From the NCBI GenBank assembly GCA_951406725.2, contig OX597814.1:44144001-44208000 (forward strand): 64,000 nt of DNA. Direction: 5' to 3'. The DNA comes from Octopus vulgaris. Taxonomy: Eukaryota. This document shows positions 25,441 through 38,588 of this stretch, piece by piece (within the stretch, counting starts at the first letter, position 1; the number at the start of each line of letters is the position of its first letter). A program made the translations under genes and the position numbers. The notes under the pieces were generated by a model. The model worked only from the letters and a program-made list of their open reading frames with translations, was not told the DNA's origin and did not search any database.

Positions 25441-26059
25441 ATATAGCAAAAACATATAATAGTTATAGTTCGTAATTTCTGTTCTTCGTTGTACAACCCT
25501 TTGGATCTGATAGCCATTTCGTCAGTAGATTTTAAAGTAAAAGAGTAGTTCACCTACTCTGGACAAAGAACATTGCAAGTGATCTCTCACAATTTATTCC
25601 ACAATGTAACCTAACTATTTGGCAGAGAAAAAGCGAGAGACAATGAGATATCTATGAACTGGTATGATAAGTTATCTTAAGGCTAAACAATTTGAAGAAT
25701 TCATTGAAAATCTAGAAAACTTTTAGTTCTGGATGTGTTGATTATTGTTGTGCGCTTTATATTATAAATCATCATTAAATGCTAAACCAATCGTATTTAT
25801 GCGACCTTTTTGACATTTCACTGGGTGAAGCAGTCGTGTTACTGCAAACGAAATGTAAGTTCACGCTATTCTATGTGCGTCGATGCATTTATTATGGGAT
25901 ATTTTGTTTATAGAAAGTATATTATTTTCTAAGATGTCTGCGTATGTACGTAGTCGTTCAATTTTCGACATTTTGAATCACAAATGATTTTAAATATTTT
26001 ATTGTTATACCAATTCTTTGTTTACAAGACGAGGCTAATTCTGAATGCTGATTAAGTAG

Positions 26060-26111
<52 letters not shown>

Positions 26112-26112
<1 letters not shown>

Positions 26113-26215
26113 ACCTACGCTGAAGTATTGAGAAATTTGCAATTGCTCTATCCGGATTAGAAGTTCAGCTTTGTATCTGTAATTATAGGGGCACCGAGAT
26201 ATGTAACACACTGCC
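26112..26215 (+). mobile_element. R4/Dong-clade LINE endonuclease fragment
   Basis: TYAEVLRNLQLLYPD*KFSFVSVIIGAPRYVTHC, homologous to NYGQLLRNLQLLYPDNKCTFILTIIG at 51230-51430; directly follows (TTA)n at 26061-26110. Confidence 0.8.
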
Positions 26216-26752
26216 CGTGGACAATTATGGAGTGAATTTTTAGGGCTTATAAATCTAATATTTTCTTATCCTTCCTTAATATCGGTTTCCATATGCTATT
26301 CATATCTGCACTCGGTCTACTTAGGAGGTTGTTCTGTCCTAGCATATGTACTGCTCCATTTAGTCTTCGTATTTTCGTATTTTCCAGTGGTTTCTCGTTC
26401 TATTACATTAACTTCATCCCACAGGGAGAGGTGGTCTCCATTTTTCCGTACATAATCAGTTATAACCGATTTATCAATACCTCCAAGTTCACAGCTTTGC
26501 GATGTTCTACTACCCTTATTTTGAGAGGATGGCATGTTTCGCCTTTGTATAACCTACCACAGCTGCATGGGATGGAATACATGCAGTCTTCGGTCATATT
26601 CTCTTCTACTGGAAAATAGGAAAACTGAAAGAAGCAGCAACCTCCTAAGCAGACCGAGTGCGGATATGAATAGCATATGGGAACCGGTATTAAGGAAGGA
26701 TAGAAAAATATTAGATTTATAAGCCCTAAAAATTCACTCTATAATTGCCCAC

Positions 26753-26825
26753 GGGCATATGGCGTAGTGGTTAAGGGCGCGGTCTACTAAACCCAAGATT
26801 ACTAGTTCGATGCAAGACAGTAGCG
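26753..26825 (+). other. tRNA-like Pol III promoter cassette inside Penelope terminal repeat (not a functional tRNA)
   Basis: A box TGGCGTAGTGG, 7-nt loop CTACTAA, degenerate B box AGTTCGATGC; acceptor stem does not pair. Confidence 0.65.
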
Positions 26826-26888
26826 TGAATATCAAAAACAATAATAATAATATTAATAACAACAACATTAACAACATCGAAAAATACC

Positions 26889-26940
26889 CTGATGAAGGCT
26901 GGAGGGTATATGGTATATCAGATGAAACGTTGTGTTAACA
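26889..26940 (+). ncRNA. degenerate hammerhead ribozyme motif
   Basis: CTGATGA-a-GGCTG...CAGAT-GAAAC-GTTGT-GTT; stem II partly mutated and the 5' strand of stem I is missing. Confidence 0.5.
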
Positions 26941-27264
26941 ACAAATAAGATGAGGCCAAATATCCGTGAAATATAAATAATATACATAATTCCTCATCTC
27001 TTAAACTTTATTAACTTTAATACTTTACTGCTCTATACTTTAGGACGTTAACATCAATGACCATTTAAAAAAAATTCTTATTCTAATTAATTAAATTGAT
27101 ATCACATATACGTTTCAATAATATCCGTGAAATGTAAATAATATACATAATTCCTCATCTCTTTAACTTTAATACTTTACTGCTCTATACTTTACAGCGA
27201 GCTTCTTTTTCGGATATATGATACATTGACAATGCATATGTGTGTGTATTCTTGTAATCTTAAC

Positions 27265-27485
27265 TCATCTCAGTCATTTGACTGCAGTCATGCTGGCGAG
27301 CCACCTTAATGGGTTTTAGTCGATAACAACCCTTTGTAAGCCCAGTACCTATTCTATCGGCCTTTTTTGCCGAACCACTAATTTACATAACAACACTAGC
27401 ATCAGTTGTTACGCGATGGTAGACACACACACACACACAAACACATACATATATATATATATACATACAATGGGCTTCTTTCGGT
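27265..27485 (-). mobile_element. SINE-A, diverged 3' part
   Basis: CAGTCATTTGACTGCAGTCATGCTGG tail and TTTTGCCGAACC body. Confidence 0.8.
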
Positions 27486-28541
27486 CGCAAGTGTGTATAT
27501 GATTTTCCTGATTACATAGCTACATAAAAAAGTTAGTTGAAACATTGTATATGTTATCAATAACATCTCGTCTCACTCTCGTTTATTGTTTTATAGATTA
27601 ACAATTAATAAATAGAGTATCACAAGATTATTTTATACTTTATTTCGATACGAATACATATATAAATCTCAGGATTATTTCTATAAATTTTTGAAACGTA
27701 CATGTGATATCAATTTAATTAATTAGAATAAGAATTTTAAAAATGGTTATTGATGTTAACGTCCTATTAAAAGTAGTAAATTTTAGGTAAATAGAAGTTA
27801 GTGCTACGTTTATAGTATTAGGTAATACTCATTAGATAACTTTTAAATCACTTGTATCCTTACATAATAATATGTCAGCTTCCAAATACTGTTTTCTGAC
27901 TGAGTGAAAGTGATCAAACTTTAAACCTCTGTAACTTTTTAAAACATTTTTCTGGAAAAAGTAAATTATCTCCTGCGATTCAGCGTGGAAAATTACATCT
28001 TTATACCAAATTTTAAAATGTTCACTAAACTTTAAATTTCCACAGGCGCAATCAAGCAATGAGTAATTAGACTGTGACCAAACTGTTACCACGCTGGAGG
28101 ACCACTTTGCAATGTTACCAAATGTTATTTCTTACAAACGAAAACTTTCAATTACAAATTTAAAGTCACTACGCTGTTAATTTATAATGAATTTTCTCAA
28201 ATTCATGTACTGTTTATCCTTTAGATACACACACACACACAAACAAACACATACACACACACATTCCCATCCATTAATCAATTGGCTATATCAGTATTGT
28301 ATATACTAAACGCAACAACATAATCTCTATATACAGTCTATATATATATTATACTCTTCCCATATATAAAATTGTCTTTGCTTTCATATCCTTAACTTGT
28401 ATATAATACAACTATCCTTTTCGATTAAATGAGGTACAGAAGTCCAAACTCAATTTTGAGAGGCACAGTCGACTTAAAAGAACAAGAACATTTCCATCTT
28501 CCCACTGTTCAATACACAATAAGAGATTTTCATTTTTATTG

Positions 28542-28618
<77 letters not shown>

Positions 28619-28665
28619 CAGCTATGTGTATGTGTGCATCTGTGTATGTATATGTATGTATGTGT

Positions 28666-28699
<34 letters not shown>

Positions 28700-29451
28700 T
28701 GTAAAATTCTAAATTTTCTTCTACATATTTATAGTAGGTTAACACGAAGCTGCATTGCATTTTATACCTAACAGACTTCTGAAACAAGCTCTTTTTAACG
28801 TATATTTATGTATTCAAACCAATTGTAAACCAGACAGCTTTCTTACAGAATTAATTGACGTAGATTTATACATTTATTAAAGAACAAACGCTTGCATTAA
28901 TGCACAGCCGTGCTCTGATGTTCAGACAAAATACTTGCTCTAGTTATTTATAAAAAGGTTGTTTGCTCTGATGGTAATTCTTACACCTTGAAACTCAATA
29001 TAAATTCTATAGCGAAGTAGGGAACCGATGACGTGACCTCTGCAGTGATGCCGCCATTTTACCATAACTACTTCTTTGAATCAGTACAGCGTCTACCAGT
29101 TTTTACGAATAGATGATATATTAACGGGAGCTATAAAACAAAAATCGTACCATAAATCACCATATTGTATGATTAGATGAAATTTAATTTTTTTTTTTTC
29201 GGGGAAAAACTAAAATGAGTTATGTTGCCTAATGAATCAAATCACAAGCTTCAGGAAGTGTAGAAGGAATAAATTTCATTTAAGTGATTATTATGGCTGA
29301 TTTGTCTGATTTATTATTGATGTCCTGTGTTCAGCGAAATATTTCATATTTAGTTTAGTTTGCAAAATTACTTTGTACTATGTGCATATGTATGTGTGTA
29401 GGTGTGTGCTTCTCACTCCTCCCCCCCTCTCTCTCTCTCTCTCTGTATATA

Positions 29452-29502
<51 letters not shown>

Positions 29503-29547
29503 GTATATGTATATATATATATGTATATATGTATATATATGTATATG

Positions 29548-29606
<59 letters not shown>

Positions 29607-30341
29607 GTATATATAAACATACATGCACATATAGTATACATATATACACATACATATATTCATATATATATATATATATGCATCATAATTATATTGACAC
29701 GCATATAAATAGTGAGAGAGGAGGAAAGAGAAAGAAAAAAATAGGTACAAATATAATTATATATATGCAAGCCTGTTTGTCTGTGTACATGTGTATGTTT
29801 GCGTGTGTTATACTACTTGTGAGTATTATACCTCACAGCTTAGTTAATCAGTTAATCAACGAGATATGAGACTATATACAGTATCTAAAAGTAAACTGAG
29901 TTCACACCAATGCCTCTCAACTATTTGACGACTCAGTTCACCTACTTATTAAAAAAAACCTAAAGTCTGGTTACTGGAAAATGATGTAGAAACATAAGCA
30001 ATGAAATAATTAATGTAGAAAAATCTATAATTATGAATCTATCAAAAACAAGAACACTAATAATATCGTTATGCTATTATATTCATGTACAGGATTTATT
30101 TATTGAACACATCTACACAATCTTTTATATCCAACCACATACTTTAGAATTAGTGACTGTTACTATATACTCAAAAACTTTGGAGGACCGTACTTAGTTT
30201 GTACTTATTCATAAATGTTAGGATTAGTTAGCAAAATTTGGCTGTTTTCTTCCAAATTCTACTATGTATTTTGTAGATTTGCAGTAAAGCTTGAATGTTT
30301 TATCATATATCAGTTTAATTATCTTTCAGGTAGAGATTTCT

Positions 30342-30418
30342 TTTAAGACACTGAATTTGGAGGCATATTTCGTTTAAGACATCGAATTTGGAAGCATAAT
30401 TCGTTTAAGACACTGAAT
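30342..30418. repeat. 31-bp tandem repeat, 2.5 copies
   Basis: Unit TTTAAGACACTGAATTTGGAGGCATATTTCG repeated head to tail with a few substitutions. Confidence 0.85.
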
Positions 30419-30558
30419 ATGATAACTCTTGTCTGCGAATTTGGATGCAATAAATATTGTGCGCAATAAAGGACATACGTTTTCTTAAGCAAAAAAATAA
30501 TAATTATAATAATAATAATAAATAAATAGATAGTACTTTTTAGTGATTACATATATAT

Positions 30559-30775
30559 AGATGTAGCGGTTTTTATATCAAAGCTGGACATCTTCCTGTC
30601 GCGAGTCCCAAATGAACCTACCTCACGGCAAGAGGTGCAAATGAGAGTAGCTATATCAAACTCCATTCTTCACCAAGTGCCACATATTAGAGGAGGTTCT
30701 TCGTAATAATAGTGTAGCACAAAACGGCGGTGCATTAGCATGGCCGCAGCTCTGAGCTGAAACAAGAAAAAATAA
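30559..30775 (+). mobile_element. 5'-truncated CR1-type LINE 3' end (same family as 23213)
   Basis: DVAVFISKLDIFLSRVPNEPTSRQEVQMRVAISNSILHQV plus GGCGGTGCATTAGCATGGCCGCAGCTCTGAGCTGAAAC tail. Confidence 0.87.
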
Positions 30776-31519
30776 ATATATATTTGCAGGCTCGAAACTT
30801 TGCAATGGGTTGAATTATTTTGCAACTGGATGAGTTGGGATTTATTTCTAATTAGATTCCGTTCACTCTGAAATGGATAACCACAAATGCTATCAATTCC
30901 ATGTGTGTATATTCCATAGATGTTCAACAATTATCATTCAGTGGAAAATGGAGAGATTTGATTGAATTGCAATAACATTATGCAATGACCCAAAGAGCAA
31001 TATATTGTAATATTTTTGTTGTCAAATATCTATTTTATTGGCTTCAAACTTAGATGAAATTGACTTAGTGCTACGTATGACACACAAGGAAACTGATTTG
31101 TTCTGAAATATATGTAAGCTTTTTTCCGAGTCACAATTCATGTCTCGGATATTAATACTGAGTGACAATATCTCCCGTTCAAATTATAGCAAGTTATTGG
31201 TAATTATAACTCGTCCAAATGCTTTCTTATCCAAGACGCATAATATTCAACAGCTTAATTTGCTTTATTCCAAAATGGTACAATTGACGAAGTTTAAACA
31301 CGCATCATTAATATGTATGATTGACATTCAGTATTAGCTTACTGATGGAAAATTAAATCTACCCTCATGCATAGGTAAGTAATCAATCGTGTATTTCATA
31401 ATGCACCTATAAGAAGTAAAAATATTCATTGGGTATCCATATGAAGTCCAGTTGTAAGGCTCATCAGTTTATATAAGTGCGCGTGTCGGTAGGTATTGTG
31501 ATTTGCAGGTGCTTTTTAT

Positions 31520-33850
31520 TTTTTATCTTTTTGTTTTTGTTTTTTAGTTGCAGAGTGGTGGAAGTGGCAGTATGTATGACCAGTGACCTTTATGCCGTTA
31601 ATGATGCAGTTCCACAGTTTAAATAGTGTGACGAGAATTGGAAAACCAAAAGAGTGCCAGAACAGTGAAGTACGAGGACAGTTAGCTCAGCATTAGAGGG
31701 GAGTAAGGTGGCGAGCTGGTAGAATCGTTTGCACGCGGGGCGAAATGCTGGGCTGTATTTCGTCTGCCGTTACGTTCTGAGTTCAAATTCCGCCGAGGTA
31801 GACTTTGCCTTTCATCCTTTTGGGGTCGATAAATTAATTACCAGTTACGCACTGGGGTCGATGTAATCGACTTAATCCGTTTGTCTGTCCCTGTTTGTCC
31901 CCTCTGTGTTTAGCCCCTTGTGCGTAGTAAGGAAATAAGTACAGGGGACATTGCAGTAGTAAGAGATAAGACAGAGAAAGTGGATTGCATGGCTGGGGCC
32001 ACATCTGGAGTTTGCCTGTTATTGACTGAATACCAAGCAGTCATGTGGACCTTCTCTAAATGTGACCCAGGTTGTCTGAGTGTATAGTGGAAGCAATGTC
32101 ACAGCTGTAATTCCTTTTGGATATCATTTCAGCATTGTAGAATATCAGCAGCTGTCAGGGACTAAAATATCTTCTGGTTTTGACGAAACCAACCAGTCTC
32201 TGGAATGTGGTTCTCCCTATGTTATGGGTGTGCTTCCACCAGGGGTTCCTCGGTAACAATAAGACCCAACACAACAAGCGACTATGAAGCTGTAGCACAG
32301 TACCACTCGTGTTTATTTGAGGTATGATACGGTGGTGTTTTCTTGATATGAATAGTAACTGAGATTTTTTTAACGTTTAAAAAAGGCATTGTGGGAATGG
32401 CCAGGTTGAAATATCAATTCAAGGTAAATGTTTACAGAGATTTAGCGTGTAGTGTTTGGAGAACGTGTGGAAGATGTAGAGTTGAGGAAATTTCGGGAAT
32501 TATGAAGCGATGTTCCATTTGCATAAGCTTGGAGGCTTTTGTGGATGCAGCGGTAAATAAGTCATCGATGTCTAAGTACGAAGAGAGTGGTAGACAAAAT
32601 CGAACTCCGGGGAGAAACAGAGTTGATTGAAAGTTAGTCAAAAGATCCCCCTTATTACATTCCTAGATGACGATAGGAAAGTGTCTATCAAAGACATAAA
32701 AGACGAGAATTCCTCAAGGAGTGTGAAGGGGGGCAATTATAAGAAATTTGCATAGCAAACACGGTTGAAGACTTTATGCAAATTTACATCATGACTTTCA
32801 CCAAACATTTTTAAAGCACGAGCTGACTGCTGACTGACATAAGAAAATGGGTTTCCAGTAGATCTGCGGAAACAGAAATGGTGTTCAATGAGTTGAGGAA
32901 TCACGTGCAAAGAGAGAGAGAGAGAATAAAGATTCAACTTTTTTGCAGAACTGTATTATTATTTGCTGAACCCAACATCTTTTAAGTGTGGTTAATATGA
33001 TGATAGTTGTTGGCTCGGTCTCAGGTTTTACTTTTCTTAATACAAGACACGTGCTCCCAAATGGCCGGGTATATCCCACTATGGAGTGAAAGATAAAATA
33101 TTGCAAGCACTGAGACGAAATGTTTGGGTATAATGAAAAGAACATTACCAGATCTTCTAGCTTCATTTGTTTGGAGCAACAACTGGTATTGCTGCATTGA
33201 AATATGTGCATACGAAGTGGGAAAACTTGGAAGCGTGGAACGGAGGAGAGTTATATAGATTGACAATTAATGAGTAGTATGGGGTGGAACGCAATCTGGG
33301 TTACAGAAAGCTGAGGTTTTGTACAAGGGAGAATACTGACGGAGATATTGTTTAAAGAGAGAAAAGGGGGCTCAGTAAAGTAGGGATGGATCGGTTGTGA
33401 ACGGATATCTTTGTCAAGACCAGCCAGTTTGAGTGAGTGGGGGAAATTCTTGTAGGCCTTGATTTTGGATAAACAGGTTGAGCGCAGCAACGAGTAAACA
33501 ACTTGGTGGTGAAGCTTGAATCAGTAAAATTTTGTTGCGAAGGGATAGGGTTTCAGTAATTTGACAAGCTGTTCCAGGTGGGTTAAGAATGAAAGACGCT
33601 TGTTGCCACAGGTATTTGGCATAAATCTCTCGGAGCTGTAGTCGTCTGACTTGAAGTGCAACAGGGTCTGGTGAACAAGACGTGATGTGTAGTATGTATA
33701 TTGTGTAGTATGTAGTTGCAATGACGACGACGGGTATTCAAATGACCCGATAGGTACAGAGACACTAAGGGTATGGATGATCCCAGAAAGAAACAAATCA
33801 AGAGTATATGCTTTTGTGCGGGTGTTCCTTTGAAAGAGGGAAGTAAGACA
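31520..33850 (-). mobile_element. CR1/L2/Jockey-group LINE ORF2 relic, interrupted by SINE-B
   Basis: FCFRRSTGNPFSYVSQQSARALKMFGESHDVNLHKVFNRVCYANFL (GFR..STGD..LDISKAFDRVWH-like), LPLSSYLDIDDL, PRTSLFW near the 3' end, HLEQLVK endonuclease remnant. Confidence 0.78.
31707..31940 (+). mobile_element. SINE-B, full length (tail type 2), possible AGTA duplication
   Basis: GGTGGCGAGCTGGTAGAATCG head, GAGTTCAAATTCC B box, tail TTTAGCCCCTTGTGCGTAGTAAGGAAATA; AGTA on both sides. Confidence 0.9.
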
Positions 33851-34053
33851 ACATAAGCTTTAATACAATACAAATATCCGATTTAACAATATTTATTGAT
33901 ATAGATAGATGAATAGATACATAGATATATAGAGAAACAATAATGTATTTTAAAATACCGTATTCTGTTTTAATTTGTGTCCTAGCATCATACTCAAATT
34001 CACATCACTTATATCACATTACATGTAAAATTAACTCTGTTATATATATAACA

Positions 34054-35190
34054 GATGAGGGAAAGTATAGAAGGAACACATCTAAGCAATCAATACAAAT
34101 TGCAAAGCCTAATTTAAAACACGCAACGAAATACATATACATATAAATTTATAAATAAGTGAACAAAATTGCATGTAAAAGTCATATGTGAAAACTATGC
34201 ATCATGCACGTTGTGTTCAGGTACCGAATGGAGGAGTGATAGATAAAGAGATTAAAAATTCGAAGTGAGGACTTCCAAAGGGAACTGTTCGAATCGATTA
34301 AGAATTTGATGTTTATACGAAATGTTAGATGAGAGTTCAAAAATTCAGGGGTAAATACGTAGATAAAGAGTTAGATAAAATAAGTATATACAGATTCGAG
34401 TGAATTCGGGTAAAAATATAATATACGGCCGTTTATGAAGTACAATAAATATATAAATGAAGTATTTGTATATACTCTTTTACTCTTTTACTTGTTTCAG
34501 TCATTTGACTGCGGCCATGCTGGAGCACCGCCTTTAGTCGGGCAAATCGACCCCGGGACTTATTCTTTTGTAAGCCCAGTACTTATTTATCGGTCTCTTT
34601 TGCCGAACCGCTAAGTGACGGGGACGTAAACACACCAACATCGGTTGTCAAGCAATGCTAGGGGGACACACAGACACACAAACATATACACACACATATA
34701 TATACACATATATACGACAGGCTTCTTTCAGTTTCCGTCTACCAAATCCACTCACAAGGCATTGGTCGGCCCAGGGCTATAGCAGAAGACAATTGCCCAA
34801 GATGCCACGCAGTGGGACTGAACCCGGAACCATGTGGTTGGTTAGCAAGCTATTTACCACACAGCCACTCCTGCGCCTATATATTTATTTTATCTACATA
34901 TTTACCCCTGAATGTTTAAATTTTGAACTGTCATCGAACATTTCGTACAAACATCAAATTCTTAATCGATTCGAACAGTTCCTTTTGGAAGCCCTTACCT
35001 CGAATTTTTATCTCTTTGATTGTCACTCCTCCATTCGGAATCTGAACCCAAAGTACATGATGCATAGTTTTCACATATGACTTTTACGTGTAAGTTTATT
35101 CATCTATTCATACAAATTTATATGTGTATGTATTTCGTTTGGAATTTGTATTGATAGCCTAGATATGTTCCTTCTATAAATTTCCTTATC
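34054..35190. repeat. long inverted repeat, arms 34054-34367 and 34889-35190
   Basis: Arms are reverse complements over ~300 bp, roughly 85-90% identical by eye, e.g. GGAACTGTTCGAATCGATTAAGAATTTGATGTTT / AAACATCAAATTCTTAATCGATTCGAACAGTTCC. Confidence 0.93.
34473..34877 (-). mobile_element. SINE-A, full length, in the loop of the inverted repeat
   Basis: Near-identical to 17763-18169; GTAAAAGA tail repeats. Confidence 0.92.
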
Positions 35191-35342
35191 CTATGATTTA
35201 GCTCGCAATGAGCACTTCTAAATACAGTCCATATATTGTGAAGTAAATTTTAAAACATAGTTTAGAGGAAAATTTAACTTTATATATATATATATATATA
35301 TGTACTTATGTATACTTATATATGCACATATGTATATACATG

Positions 35343-35378
<36 letters not shown>

Positions 35379-35408
35379 ACGGGAAGATTTACGAAAATAA
35401 ACAAAAGA

Positions 35409-35450
<42 letters not shown>

Positions 35451-38400
35451 ATATATGTATGTATATATATATATATATAAATATACATATACAAAAGTGT
35501 CGAATGCACACGCACACTTATACATACATATATATATATATATATATACATATATACACAGACATATAGACACACATACACACACAACACACATACACAT
35601 ATATATATATATATGAATATATATGTATGTATGTATTTATAAACATATATATATATATATGCAGGCATATACACATGAAAACGTGTGAGGCTTATGTATA
35701 CAAGTAGTTTTGACAGCTCATTTTCTAGATATCGTATTAGTCTTAAAGCCATGCCATCACCATACACATAGAAACCCAAACGAAATATCTATACATGAGC
35801 ATGTATTCGAATGACTACCAGCAACAGTTAGAAAATTAGTCACGCGCATAAGTTTGAGAGATTTTAACTCATGATTCATCAGGGAAATATATAACACAGC
35901 AGCACTTCGTCATGATAATGAGACTACGGGCATATATGGCTTCAGCGAGAATTTAATCTGACAATGAAGTTTGTATCACTTTCAAAGAATCCTTTTTCAA
36001 AGCACCGTTTTTCAAATATCACAAAGATTTCAAAATACGTTATTTTAAGGTTAGCTTTTAGATAGAACTTATATCAGGATTACATGTTACATCTGAGAAT
36101 ATATATCTTTGCTGCCTTAATCATAGTGACCACCTGCATTTACTAAAGTTTAGCTACTTTTCCCACTAAGAGATTTTTGCCTTTCGAAGGCAGTGTTATA
36201 TAGAGATGCGCTTAATCTGCCATGTGGTAACGCTAACACCTTCAATGGAATGTATAGCCGACATTGGGCATAGATGGGTTAATCCCAAATTCCTGTCTTG
36301 TTTTATCTAGAGTTTATACATCATCTACAGGGAGGTGGCCCACTACTTACTCAAGCATTATTCTATGCTCCATTTGAAAGCGTAATTGTAGCTGTTGGCT
36401 GTATGCGAAACTGATTAATTTGTAGTAGCTTGAGGTATCCTTTAAGAGAAAACCGAAGTGCTATAAAAATGACGCAAAGTTCTCATTAGACAAGTATTCT
36501 GTATTTAGTATGTTTCATTCCAATAACTCGAAAACTCATACCAGATAAAATCGTGAAATCAACTCCATAATGAGGTGGAACTACCTCTAATTTTCCTTAT
36601 TAGATCTTCCACATAATATAATAAAGAGCTTATGATGGATACATTTCCATAATGAGAATGCATGTTCTACAAATGGTCTTCTAAATTGAAAGAATAAGAA
36701 AGAAAGCAAAAGACTTTAGATTATATGCCTAGATAAATGTCATCTCATATTTCTACATCATCTTCTACAACTCGTCTCCGAGTACTTGTCTTCAAGTTTA
36801 TTTAAGTAATCACTGTTTTTTCTTCATTCCCAAATGCTCTCAAATTCATCTCACTTCTGGTTCACAGACAAAGATCATTTATTTTTCGCACAAGTTACAA
36901 TATCATGAAGTTTAGTTCCATTATACCAAGTACTAAATATCATACATACAAGTTTAAGAGAAAGCATATATTAAAATGCATCTACAAAATCATGTGACTC
37001 GTAATCCTACTCAGTTTCAGGATCTCTCATCTTTTGCAATGCAGTGCTAATGGTTACATTACAGTCAAACACTGAACTCGAGTAATTCATGATTCCAAGA
37101 AGTAGATAACGTATTGAGAAGATCAATTTGGTCACTTCTTGACAAAGTGTAAGAGCTCTCTTTGTAGAAATTGCAATAAGTTGCTTTAATTTTTACTTGT
37201 GGTGAAACTAAATCTAGTCTATGGAAAACATTGCAGGATTAAAGCAGTCCTATCTTTCTGGTTGAGTTATCATTGCAGTCATTCGACAACCTGACCACGA
37301 CAGAAATTCACTCATATGTCTTAATTTCACAATTATTTATTTGTAAACAATGAATAAAGTTTTGTCGCTATTCTGTCATGAATAGACGTTTTCAAACCCC
37401 AAGAATAACATATCTATTTTACTATACAAATAATGAAAAACGCCTGTTATTTGTTATTTGAGACACTTTTTAAAGAATTTCGTCAAGCATAACATATGAC
37501 AGATTCTATGAAGTAGTTTTGCATGGGGTTAAGCACTCAGGAGAAACTTGCAGCGATGTCAACAAAGCTTCCTAGCTTGAACGCCATTTTTGTTTAGAAA
37601 GTGAAAAAATCCAATATAATTTGTTTACTGAAGAAATTACTTTATGATGATCTCAACTGGTTTGCTTTTATTTTCTAAGTAAAACGCTGTATCAATATAG
37701 AGTTTCATGGTATCCCCGTTCCTTTTAACAAACTGACTATATTGATTACTGTGACTACTCTTTTGATCATTCGGTATATTTTTAGTTATAACCTCATTTT
37801 ATTTTCAATTTAGTTATTATAGTCTGTAAGTGACTGTGGAATATGTTTTGATTTTTCGTTGCTTTATCTATTTTCATCAAATCATTATAAGTATTGAATA
37901 AATCTTTATCATTTGGGAACAGTACACATCTCCTACAATAAATTTTTGCACTCTAAAACAACTAACAGGCAATTCATTTTCAATGTACATTTTAATAAAT
38001 TTTCGAACAATTTTTCGTTGCTTTCATGTGAACGTTCAACTTAGGAATATTCTTACCCTCTTTTGCAATAACGTTTGAAGTCATGAAGTCTTGGAGAATG
38101 TTTTAGCCGATCATATAAAATGCATGTACACGATATTCTTTTTGTTCCTTTTCAAATGAATTTTCGGATTGAGTATCATAAATCGAAATAATTTTGACAA
38201 ATCACCTCTGAAAGTCAACTTAATTTCATATTCGTTGTCATGGAGACTTTCTACGCTGGGTGATATTGTCTCATATAAAACAAAATTAAAGAGATTAAAA
38301 ATGTTTACATTATTAATAATTTAATGAATTAGAGGTGTAATAAATTAGTAATGGTAAACATTTTACAAATTACATGATAAATTAAATTTATTGTATTATT

Positions 38401-38475
38401 TGTGAATATCAATATTCAAGAAGAATGTTTTGTAGTCTACGAATCTAAGAAATGGAAAATCAAGGAGTGTAGGTA

Positions 38476-38533
<58 letters not shown>

Positions 38534-38588
38534 TCATTAACCAAGTTTCCTGCAAAATTGTTAGAAACTCTGGGAATATATTTCATCT

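Larger units (their letters stand above)
26212..27003. mobile_element. Penelope-like insertion with inverted structure (GIY-YIG on minus 26212-26610; ORF end + terminal repeat on plus 26610-27003)
   Basis: Minus: DCMYSIPCSCGRLYKGETCHPLKIRVVEHRKAV..WDEVNVIERE..NNLLSRPSADMNSIW; 26212-26332 and 26636-26757 are ~120-bp inverted repeats. Confidence 0.88.

Noticed and set aside
27830-28030. Possible non-autonomous DNA transposon fragments (also 49380-49640)
   Set aside because: Composition is suggestive, but no paired TIRs or second copy could be found in the window.
30342-30418. CRISPR-like appearance of 31-bp repeats (and of the SINE-B array)
   Set aside because: Units are contiguous with no unique spacers, there are no cas genes, and the context is eukaryotic.
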